Below are positions 13,047 through 24,338 of a stretch of 64,000 nt of DNA, in pieces. Position 1 is the stretch's first letter, and every line of letters starts with the position of its first letter. A model generated the notes under the pieces. It was not told where the DNA came from. It searched no databases and saw nothing but the letters and a program-made list of their open reading frames with translations. Position numbers and translations under genes: made by a program. The stretch comes from Cirrosporium novae-zelandiae (taxonomy: Eukaryota), in NCBI GenBank assembly GCA_026023565.1, contig JAPETS010000017.1, positions 186,001 to 250,000 on the forward strand. The letters run 5' to 3'.

Positions 13047-14889
13047 GAGAGGTCGGACGGGTCTATGGACAGCCCTAGCTTTTAGCCGAAAACACCACAA
13101 CTTCTCAATTCGAGTACAATCGACTAATTTATATATTAATGTACATAGAATTGCCCCATGAAATTCTGCATTGGAGTAGGAGATTCCTGAGAATGCGATC
13201 TTTCCTTTTTAGGCAATTTTGGCCTTCCCCGCCCACGACCCCCCCGTTTTTTGACTTTATTTTGCTCCTGTTTCTCCCGCTGCCTCTGCAATTCGCGCTC
13301 GATACCTTGTTTGTCAGCAAATCGACTATTTAAATCGATTGCGATTTTAGTACGTTTTTTATTTTTGAAAATCTCGATTTCGGCTTATGTTTGCTTTAAT
13401 TGCAATTTTGTAAAGCTTTCGTCGAAACTTTATTGATCGAGCCTTTTCCCGGCCTTATTTAAGAACGTCCGGACGTTTCGGGTAATCGGTATATCCAAGT
13501 CAACCGCCAAGCCTACTAGCTGTTTTTTGTTTTTGGGGGTATTGAATATCGTCGGGGTGCTAGATTGGGGGAGCTGAGGGGATGGGGTAACCGCTCTAAG
13601 GGGGGGAATATTCGAATTTTTGAATTCGGGGGAAAAAAGCACTCGGTCAGGGTTAAAAGGATATAAACCAGCTTTTTTCCACCCAGCTGTAATTGTCCGA
13701 CGAGTCAGGTGTTCAATACGAGCTTGATTGTATATTCGCATAAAGCTCTCTTTCTTAACGGATACGGTATTATCCTATATAGAAAGATCTTCAATATCAC
13801 GTTTATATACGTTCTTCAGAGGGGAAAACACGTCTCTATCCAGAGACTGCAGCAAATAAGATGAATGAGCAGACAAATATAGATATTGAATATTGTTTTG
13901 GTGATATATCTATATGAACTCTGGGGTTATATGACTACCATGCCTATCAACCACTAGAATTCTAGTTTCGGGGAGCGTCAGCGAGGTCCGGGGAATAAAC
14001 ACCGTATTCAATTATTTGACCCCAATATTATTGCTCGTCCATCCATTCGGGGACACCGTATAATATAAATCGGGGATATAATTATCGAACCAAGACGTAA
14101 TAAACGACATTCCTTTGAATATAATAACACACGGAATATATTTCCCCCGTACAGACACGGTTTCCAATATAGAAGTCCAGTCACGGTTACCAGGTATAAC
14201 CTTAGTCGTAGACCGCTGATTTGCCCGCCCTACCACTTTAGTTGTATTATTGTATGTCCCTATTGAAACACCTATTTCGTTCATATTCCATATATTCTCC
14301 AGCTTCATATTGTACTCAGTTTTAACACGATCGAATAAAGTAAAAAAAGCAATAAGGTCTTGAGCCGTAATAGAGGTTCGGTCGGTCGAAATAGGACGAT
14401 TCGGAAGGATTTTGATGTCTGGATATCGATTCACAAATCGAGTCACCCATTTCTGACTAAGCTTGTTTGGACCGGCGATATATTTCGCGATATCGAGGAT
14501 GAAACGACGTATAATTTTGAATATTGGAGCTTGACCTCGATCATTTAGGATTTTTATCCAATCAACTATAGCGTTTTCCTGATCTTCAGACAAAATTTGC
14601 TGATTTGTATACGAATTACGCATTGCTCTAGCTTTCCCAGTTAATCGATTAGATAGAGTAGATCGGGTGACTCTATAAATCACCGCACAAGCTCGAAAAC
14701 TTGAAAAAATACCTTTTTTATAATCAGCAATTGCAGCTTGAAGAGCTGACTCATTAACAGATGAATTATAAAGTATGATGGTGGTGTTGAATTAAATAAA
14801 TTGATTGGGGGGTGAGTTGGGGATGAATTGAGAAGTTGTGGTGTTTTCGGCTAAAAGCTAGGGCTGTCCATAGACCCGTCCGACCTCTC
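13047..14889 (-). mobile_element. Fot1/pogo-family (Tc1/mariner superfamily, DD35D) DNA transposon, 1843 bp, RIP-inactivated
   Basis: Perfect 65-bp TIRs (13047-13111 and 14825-14889), TA target duplications at 13045-46 and 14890-91. The interrupted transposase has psq/CENP-B HTH motifs, NIWNMNEIG, SPNGWTSN and VVDRHGSH-x-QSLD (35 residues between the Asp residues). Confidence 0.96.
13130..14776 (-). pseudogene. Transposase pseudogene of the Fot1/pogo element
   Basis: One frame runs from a probably mutated start (ATA at 14774-14776, context CACCATCATA) through several in-frame TAA/TAG stops (e.g. 14012-14, 13910-12, 13430-32). The first catalytic D reads N. The 3' limit is approximate. Confidence 0.9.
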
Positions 14890-15949
14890 TAGTTGGTCTC
14901 AAATGGTTCGAAGGGATTTGGTTAACCGGTACAGCGGTTCTATCGTAAAGCTTTCCCCCTGTCAAATTTCTTACTTTCATACACAAACTACAATTACAAT
15001 ACATGATCTGGTTAAAGTTAACAAACCGGATAGCTCCCGAGAGACTAGTTCCATATGTTCCTGCACCGGCCGTGGCTTAAATAAGTCTTGGACATTCCTG
15101 GATATTGGGATTTGGCCGGTCAGAGCGCGAACGGCTATCCGGGGTATGACCAGAAGGAATAAGCCTTATATGGGGCCTTTCAGGCGGGGCCCTTCGTCTT
15201 GGATTTTACCCATCATGATTAAGTTGAGGGATTATCTATTAGATGACAACCACCAAGCCTGAAAAAAAATAAAAATAAAACTGGAGACCACCAACGATAA
15301 GGGAACCGCTTCTTTCGTTCGGAGCGATTGTGCAAGCCCCGAGTGGGGTTGACGTATTTAGTTGATATGTTGGCAAGGAACCGCCGAGATGAACAGTGGC
15401 TACGTTTAAAAGGAGTAAAGTACCAAAGTAAATGGCGGAGATATACATGATTAGGTTAGGTTAGGTGGTGATGAAGATGATGAAGATGATGAAGATGATG
15501 AAGATGATGAATGATGATGGAGGAGGAGGAGGAGGGGTGAGCTCCCAAGGAAATCCAGGATAATGGATCATCGGTTTATCAGTCTATCGTGTCCTTTTGG
15601 TACAGTAGTGATGGACAATCGATGGAGGGGATAGGAGGGGATAGGAGGGAATAGCAAGGTAATAGTAGTGACGGACAGTAAGTAGAGTAGTATGTATGTG
15701 TGTGTGTATATTGGTAGTTTAGTAGCGATCACTGACTGATTGATTGATGAGCAAGATGAGCAAGATGAGCCAGTGGGGGGGGGGGGGAGTATACTCAGTA
15801 GTAAGTAAATGATGAACAGCAGCACTGGGCAGCGGACAAACTGGGCATTGGGGGGGGCATTTGCATTTGGGCATTTGGGCAACTATGTTTTAGCCGATAA
15901 AAACTCGATTCCGGGGGGGAGTAGCTTGGGGATAGATGGGGGTAGCTAA

Positions 15950-16034
15950 GGGGGGGGGGGGGGGGGGTTAACTGGGGGGGGGTTAACTAGGGGGGGGTTA
16001 ACTAGGGAGGTTAACTGGGCGGCACTAACTGGGG
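15950..16034 (+). repeat. G-tract/GTTAAC tandem array (G18 then ~15-bp units), G-quadruplex-competent
   Basis: GTTAAC at 15967, 15982, 15997 and 16010, separated by G runs (long for the first three, short before the fourth). Confidence 0.8.
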
Positions 16035-17126
16035 TAGAAAAGATAAAGTCTTGGCTTATTCTATTTCTTGTTTAGTTTTGTGTCACCCATCCCAATCCCC
16101 ATCCTCCATCCCAATCCCCTCCATCCCCCCCCCCCCGAACCCCCGTAATTTCGTACCTGGTCCCCCCAAATGTTTAGTCTCCCACAGGCTCCCACAGGCT
16201 CCCACAAGGCTTCCACAGGGTAAGGTAGAGTCATTACTAAATGCCTTGATTCTCTGGCTTGAATTGCTCTTCTCATTCGCGTCCTTAATCCCTTCCCAGA
16301 CCCACGTTCCACCGCATCCCGCCGTTTCCAACTACTGCCAGCTACTATCAGCTACTATCAGCTATTATCCAGCTACTGCCCAGCTTATTCAGAGACAAGA
16401 CTCAATCTGAATCAATCATATCCATTCATATCCATTCATATCCATTCAAATCTATTCTACCAATCCACTTTTTATTGACATTGAAATTCCAGGGAACTTT
16501 CTTGGATTGACGCATCTGTAGATCGAAGATGCAACTACTTTGGGCCCCTGACTCCCTGGCTCCCGGTCTCAAAAGGTGGTGCTCCCATGGCCATGCCGGA
16601 AAATGAATGTTGCCAGAAAGTGCCAGGAAGTACCAGGGAATGCCAGGAATGCTAGATTTCTCGTACTGCTAATAATTAGTTGATATTACACCCCCCCAAT
16701 TGCCTGTCCATGTCGCTAATGTCTACCCTACTGAGCTTGAACCTGATCTCCTCGAAGCTCTTGTTTCTGCCTTAGGACCAGTCCTCTTCCTCGAAGTTTC
16801 TGTATATCAGATCCCCCAGGTAGAAGAAGAAGGCTTCTCTTTTCAAATCACTTTTTTTCTCTTTCCCTCTTCCCTCCTCTTTTACTTCTTACTCTTTGCT
16901 AAACACCTCAACTTCAGCTTAATTATCCCTTTATCCCCCCCCTCCCCCCCCCCTTCAAAAAAAAAAAAAACCTCTTTTCTTTTTTTCTCTCTTCCCTGTC
17001 TGGCCTTGACCTATTTCTTCTCGACAGCCAACCATGATCCGGTGCGGAGAGCTGCATCTCCCAGCGTTTTCTTGTCCTGCAATGCTTTGACACGCAAAGG
17101 CTTTTACCTTCAGCCGAAAATCCCTT

Positions 17127-18739
17127 ATGTCCTCGAGGCCTCCTCCACTATCAACAGGTCCAACAAATCTTCCTTCAACCTCTGTCCTACCTGGGACGAC
17201 CATGGCGGAGACAATAGTACCAATTCAGCCAGGCCTTTTCATGGCTCACCCGGCTTCCTTTCCTAGTCCCATTCATCCACCACTTCATCCACAACCTTCA
17301 TTCCTACACCCTCCGACGATACCTCCTCGACTTGCACGACCCGATTCCCATGGATTCGGTTCTATATTCCACGACCCTCCTCCACCTTGGGAGTCGGGAC
17401 CGTCCCATCTGTCCCATCAACCTGGGCCACTGTCAAGGTGGAGGCCACCACCTGCCGAACCTCCAATTGCATCGCCAGCGCAGACATCACACCCGATTAC
17501 TCACCAATCATCATATTACCCAATTCGCTCCCCCGCAAGAGATGGAGTGGTGCCACCGTCTTCAGGCTACCAGCCGACCAGAATGTCGCCAAGTCAAAGT
17601 TTGAGGTAAGGAAAGTGGAGGCGATAAGCGCAAAAAGGTGCTGAAGGGGAGCATAGATACCCTCCACTTCCATCGATGAGTTATCCACAGCATCAAGTAT
17701 CGCACAGTCCCCAGACTCAGAGAGGTTCAATTCAATCTATCATCAACCCACCACCACCACAAGCAACTGCCCCTGACATATCAATGTCGCCTTTATATGC
17801 CCATTCAAAGCCTAGGCGGGTTGTCCTTTCAATTCAATGACGGGAAGATTGCCCTGTATATTAATGTCATCTAGTCCTTCTCGTTACCGTCTTCATATCC
17901 GTCAGCAGCCCATAGCAGCCCGTGCCTGTGGTTATGGAGAGCGCGATCGCCGGGTCATTGACCCACCTCCAATAATTCAACTTTTCTTATCTGATTTCGA
18001 TCCCAACAGTGACGAGGACTTGAGTCTTGTTCAATACCAGTTCAATATCGTCCACTGTTCCCTCTACTCGCATCCAGACAATCAACCCCCAGCCGACGCA
18101 AGCCAGCTGCATGATAGCAACACAGGGCGCGTCACTCGGCGGCTGATGGGCTCGCTTGTTGGCTCTCCCCTGACGGGGATTGACCCAGACCCAGCCAGCT
18201 CGCCTCTTTCTCAATACCTTCTCCCGTCCTTAGGCGGTGATCCTTCGCGCGTTTCCAATTATGTGAAAACGGTTCCTTCAACCTTTTATATATTTCCAGA
18301 TCTCTCGTGCCGGACCCAGGGCGTTTACTGCCTTCATTTTAAAGTTGTGCGTGCTGGGGTTGAGATGGCATCAAAAGGAGGACGGAGCTCCATGGAAGCA
18401 GAGGTTGTCAGCGACCCCTTTGTAGTCTTTCCTGCAAAAGATTTCCCTGGCATGAAACCTAGTTCCATATTGACAAAAGGCATGAAGGCCATGGGTGCTG
18501 CGGTGACGCTGAAAAAGGGGAAAGGAGGGCCTGTAGCTAAGAAAACACCAGGCAAGAGGTCAGCTGGAGAAGATCCGGCGGAAGAAGATGATGAGGGAGC
18601 TGAAAGTATAATTGAGGAGGAGGTTAAGGGAGAAGGGAGTCGAAGCGGCTCCGTAGTTATTGCCAAGAAGCAGAGGCGGAGTGGATCCGGTGCCGGCGCT
18701 CCGCGTGGAATGAACCCACAACGCGCTTGGGAGATCTAG
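17127..18739 (+). CDS. velC: Velvet-domain regulator, VelC type, with Pro-rich N-terminus; 3 exons
   Basis: Velvet motifs RYRLHIRQQPIAARACGYGERDRRVIDPPPIIQL, FYIFPDLSCRTQGVYCLHFK and SDPFVVFPAKDFPGM in a C-terminal velvet domain. Exons 17127-17605, 17657-17815, 17875-18739; the second intron is predicted GC-AG. Confidence 0.85.
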
Positions 18740-19499
18740 GGTAGGACAATTGATTCCCATTTGACGGGAGAGACTGGACTCTGGGCACAGTTAAGGGCCC
18801 GAGGAACGATAAATTCAACCATTATGATTTACGATCGAAACGTGAAACAGAACGACTAGGGTGACTCCAGCCGCCGTGATATAAGGAGGATTGAAATTCA
18901 TTTATCCTCTCGTTTTCATAAATTCATCTACTTTTCTTCTATCATTTGTTTTTTTAGCCTTGGTCTTTTATGATATACCAAAGAACTACGCCAGTGTACC
19001 CCTTCTGCTAGATACCATCTCTCACCTCTTCTACTTCTCAACTCTTCTACTTCTCACCTCTTCTACTTCTCTCATCTCTTCTACATTTCTCTCCTCAAGC
19101 CATCCTCGGAACTTCGGACCAATCTATGCTCGTTGTTTCCCTTCTCTGACGGACCAGTTCCTCACGAGAAGCAGGAAAACGAAAACGGAAATAGAGGTCT
19201 CTTGCGCAGGGCGCACCAGCACAAAATTATCACGAGAGTTATGTTTTCTCTTTGGATGACGTTCATGCACACTACAACACTTGACACATTTCAAATGCTT
19301 CTATTTATTCTTCTTCTAAGATGGGATTATTGGATAAACGATATGATACCATGGCCATGTTTTTCTAAGCGATTCTTTATTTTATAATCATTTATCACAC
19401 GTATGGATGCATCAAGGGGGGACAGCAAGCACTTTTGAGCCCCTTTCGTTTTCTTTTTTTTCGTTCACTTTTGAAACTCAATGAGTCTATTTAGTATTC

Positions 19500-21400
19500 A
19501 TTATTATCACGGGAAGGTGACGAAGCAATACGAACGGGACGGAACGGCATGAAAAGGCATGGAACGGGCATGGTCATGGACATGGAATAGCATGAAAACA
19601 CGGAACGCTTGATAGATTTGGCTCTCGGGAATCGGAATCGGAATTTGGGAAATGTGAATGGGGGGAGGAACAAACAATCAAACACGATGTGATCCAGTGA
19701 CTAGCATCTGCATTTAACTTTTGCATTTGCGTTTAAGCCAACTGGAAAGGAAAAGGAAGAGGTCTTGAATGGAGTGGAAATATCCTTTATTGTGTCGGGT
19801 TTTGGTCTTTTCTTTTTTTTTTTATAAAAAAAAAGAAAAAAACAAGATTGAGAAATCGAAATGATGGCATGGACACAATCTATCTACACTATTCATACAC
19901 CTATCCTTATGTTTACAGATTTACAGCTATACACTTTCTTTCTCAAGGTTACAACAGAATCAGGAGTACAGCACGTAGAGGGAAGGAGAGGGGGAGGGGA
20001 AAGGAAAACCATCATCAAGACTACCACCACCATCACCACCATTACCACCATCACATCATCATCATCTCCCCACCATCCACCAATCTCCCACCACCAGCCC
20101 ACCCTACCTTACCTTACCTTACCCCTCATCCCCCCCCCCCCAGACATCCCTCCCCAGACCCCCCAGACCCCCAGACCCCAATATATAATACGGATTCGCA
20201 TATTAAGCCCCTCCCTTATCTTAGCCTACGTGGTATGGTGGTGGTGGTAGGTGAAAAAACCAGAAACAAAAGCCAAAAGCGAGCGGCACCCGCCTAATTG
20301 TAAATCATCACCCCACGTCCGCACATCATATACATACATACGCACTCGCAGACGGATGGCGGATGGTGGAGATGGATGGATGGATGAACGGGGTTAATTA
20401 TGTATGTAATGTATGTTAGATGGATATGAATATGGATGGGTAAGATCTTGTAATTAAGATCTAGATTTGAAAAATTTGAAACGAAACGAAACGAAACGAA
20501 ACGAAACGAAAAGGTGAAGGGACCCCCCCCACCCCTCTCCTCTTGAAAAGAAAGGTGAAGAGAATGGAATGAAAATGAAACGAAACGAAATGAAATGAAA
20601 TAGATCTTGTAATTACCTGTTACTATTACTATAGGTACAGTACATGTACAAGGTAAGGTAAGAGTAATTATCCAAACAGAACCGAACCGAACCGAAATCC
20701 GTATGTATGTATGTATGTATATAACCACCCAACTCCCCTCCCCTCTCAAACCAAACCAAAAAAAACACATCCTCTTTTTCCCTCTCTTTTCATAACTCGC
20801 AATAACTGACTTACTAATTATTATAAAACCTAACAAAAAAAATATCATATCCCTAGAAAAAAAAGAAAAAAAAGAAAAAAAAGATTTTATTTTTTTTATT
20901 TCATATTATATGGATACCGATTGATACCTATACCGATACTAATACTGTAAATATATAGACTATATAAATATTTATTATATATACCCCCCCTAATACCTTC
21001 CCCCTTAGTCCCTAAGATTCCCAGTTCCAGCCCTTATTGCATCCCCCCCTCCCTTAGGTTTCCCAAATTCCCCATAAAATAAAAAAGGCCCTTTTTTTTC
21101 TCTATTTGTTTGCTTTGTATTATTTGTTTTTGCATTTATTTCTTAATTTGTGTTTTTAGTCTATTTATTAATTACTTAGTCTAACAATCATTAAATCATT
21201 ATATCATTAACCAAACCTCAAACCAGACTGGACTAAACAATCACTTGTTTATTTATTTACTCTTTATGTTATATATAATGTACTTATAACTATATCTATG
21301 TAGAAAGGTAGGAAGGTAGGAAGAAGATAGCTACTTGGTAGATAGATAGATAGATAGGTAGATAGATAGGTAGATAGAGTATCTAGGTAAGATATTGAGA
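19500..21400. repeat. Microsatellite / low-complexity tract
   Basis: (CAC/CAT)n 20023-20065, (GAAAC)n 20478-20510, (TATG)n 20702-20720, (TAGA)n 21339-21377 and poly-A/T runs; ORFs here are only repeat translations. Confidence 0.85.
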
Positions 21401-21417
21401 CCATCTATTTATAAATT

Positions 21418-23836
21418 AATCCAGATCTGAATCCGGATTTCCCATCTCGATCCCCCAAGATCCATCCGTCCATACGTACGTAAATCTATACTTTTTTCTT
21501 GTTTCTTGTTTCTCAAGCCCCTCCCCCCCTGACCGGACCCGAATATATCCGTTTTTTTCTTTTTTTTTGAGGGGGTTTCCGAGAGTGGGGGATTCGTGAG
21601 GTTGGGTTAGGGGTCGCATGCGGGAGGTGTGTAGGGTAGTGTCAGGGGGGGTTGGTTTATATGGGGTTAATGTGTGTGATGTTGGGGTGGTGGTGTGGTG
21701 GTGGGCGCGAGGCAAGGGGTATAATATGTGTGTATATAGTAAGTACAGTATTTACATACATACATACAAGTATCAATTCCTTTCGTTCGTTGTTTTTGCG
21801 TACCTGCTCACATAATTACATACTTACCTACATACCTACTCTATCCACACACAAGTAATTATTAAAATATCCTTTCTTATTACTTATGTATTATATGTAC
21901 AGAACAACCAACAACCAACAACCCATACATATATATACACACATATCTAGCCAATAAGTAAACAAATAAACAAGTATCTACCTAGGTTATCTACAGTATT
22001 AATCATGATTATAATACCATGACCATCAGCATCATTAGCAACAACAACAACACTTATTTATACACAATGAATACCCACTATATACTCACTGTACTCACCT
22101 TACTATACTACACACATACAAACCCCTTTCTAATTAACCAGTAGTCTAGTCTACTATAATGAATGAAATCAATAGCCCCAACCTCCAAACCCACAAGTCC
22201 CACACACACAAAAAAAGCAAACATACACACACCAAAATCCCAGGACCATGGATATGGGTTCTTGGTTCTCTTTATTAAGACAAACACAGGAGGGACACGA
22301 CACAACACAACAGGCAAATGAAAGTGGAAAAATTGGAAAGACGAAAACGGATTACTGATTACTGGTAATTACGGCATAAGAAAAAAAAAATACACCTATC
22401 TAGTCTTTTTTTTTCCCATTTTTTTTTTGGTTGGGTATACCAATACCAATTCCAATACCAAAAAAAATCAAAAAGCAGGTATCTATCACGTATCTATTAA
22501 TCAAGCGTTTTAGATAACTAAAATGGAATTTTGGGTCCCCCCCTCTTTACCCCAACCTCCCATTGGAAAAATTACAGTAATTAGCGAGTTTCTTGTGAAA
22601 CGTTAAAAGGAAAGGAAGGGAAAGAAAGGGAAAGGAAGGGAAAGGAAAGGAAAAAAAAGAAAAAAAAGAGAAAACCAGGTTTATGGTATTTTATGTATGT
22701 ATGTATGTATATGTTATTGGCGTTTTGGAAATTCACGGGGGTATGAAGGGATGGGATAGGATGGATGGATGAGTGGATGTTTGAGAAGGAGATAGGATAG
22801 GATAGGATAGGAGTTATTAGGTGAATCTATAGATTATTTGTATAGTACAATACATGTATGTTATATACGTACGTATGCTGTATAAGTATCCGTCCATCCA
22901 TCCATCCATCCATACATCCACCTACCCATCCCTATTACACACCCTCATATATCCCTAAACCATCCACCCCCCCAAAAACAAAAAAATGACACATAACCGC
23001 CCCATTCCCCCTTCCTCCGCCCCTTCCTTCCTGCAAGTAAGTTTCATAAAAGCAAATGCATGCCATGCATGCCATATGCCATAAGGAGGAGGGGTTCACT
23101 TATGTATGTAGGCGAAAAAACCGAATCTGAAACCGGGACTGGGACTGGAACTGGAACTGGGGAGTGAAGAAGGGAAAGGAACCGAATGGGCTCGGGACAC
23201 GATAATGACAATAACAACAACGATCCTGGAATGGATGAATGGCGAGATGGGAAGGAGAGCCTCGAAGGGTGAAGTGAAATGAGGCTTACATGCACATGCA
23301 CATACTCTACTCTTACTAAAAGCGTTGAATCCCGGTTTCGGGAAAAGGGAAAAGGGAAAAGCGCGAATGGATGTGTCCTGGGTGGGAAGGGAAGGAAGGG
23401 GATCCAAAAATCTTGAATACCAGGGATTGGATCCGAGCGATAGACAGGGGAAAATGTGCGCAAATTAAGATCTCAATGTTGTTGGTTTTCGGGAAGGGAG
23501 TAAGTTAGGCAAAAAACCAAAACCTGGAAATGTTTGAGAGAGTTTTCGAAACGGGCGGAAGCGAATATACACATACATACATTCCAAGGAAGGAAGGAAG
23601 AAAAGTCGTGTGCTTTGATTGGTATGTATGCGATATGTGGGGGATATAATATACAGAATAGGAAACGCACGCAAGGTTTGCAACAAACAACTCTTTGGAG
23701 AATCATTCATTTGGGAACCAACCGCAAGAAGAGTTAGTTTCTGAAAACCCTGGGGTTTGGATATCCTTGACCATGATAAACCCGCCAGCCAGGTAAAAGG
23801 CCCAAAAAGATAACGGTCTGGGTTCGGGTCTGGGTT
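21418..23836 (+). ncRNA. Candidate telomerase RNA (TER), ~2.4 kb
   Basis: Terminal 22-bp helix 21418-21439/23815-23836 with 7 G-U pairs (favours the + strand). Nested helices 21439-49/23243-53, 21471-82/22866-77 and 21510-16/22781-87. Pseudoknot-like element 22581-22739. CR4/5-like ...GCAAG-A-AGAG-UUAGU-UUCU-G at 23724-23743. Template not identified. Confidence 0.55.
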
Positions 23837-24338
23837 TGAGTGGGAGTTGTCATATCATTTGTCTAATCTGTGTCTTCCTTTGCTGCGTCATGTCCGTTGT
23901 GTTGCGTTGGCATGTATGTAAGGAATGTGAGGTGTGGTGGTGTGTGTGTGCACAAGGAAAAAAAAAAGAAAAAAGAGAAAGGGGATATTACCATGAACCT
24001 GGATCCGAAATCAAATCCGAATCAGGCAGTTGGACTCGATGGCCACAATCGAACAAGATAGGATACAAGGATCGAATTCTTCCGATACCCATCTCCAATT
24101 CATCCCTACTCTCATCACGCTCATCTACCCTAATGCAGAAATAGAAATAGAAAAGAAAAAATGCATACGTGCACACATGAACACAACCCCATGACAACCC
24201 CATCAACCCCATCATCTCAAAAAATACCGCCAACCATCCATATATCCAAGCCAAGGAACATCTATGTGGGCCCCCATATGCACACCAAACCACAGCCAAC
24301 CCCGATTAAACATCCATTAAACAACCCGATCCATCTTT

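Noticed and set aside
15950..16660. Short spaced repeats as a CRISPR-like array
   Set aside because: Eukaryotic context; units of 10-15 bp without unique spacers; no cas genes.
21604..21612. CCCUAACCC template implying a - strand TER
   Set aside because: The G-U-rich helix, pseudoknot and P6.1 motif only work on the + strand, and I saw no equivalents downstream on the - strand. Not fully excluded.
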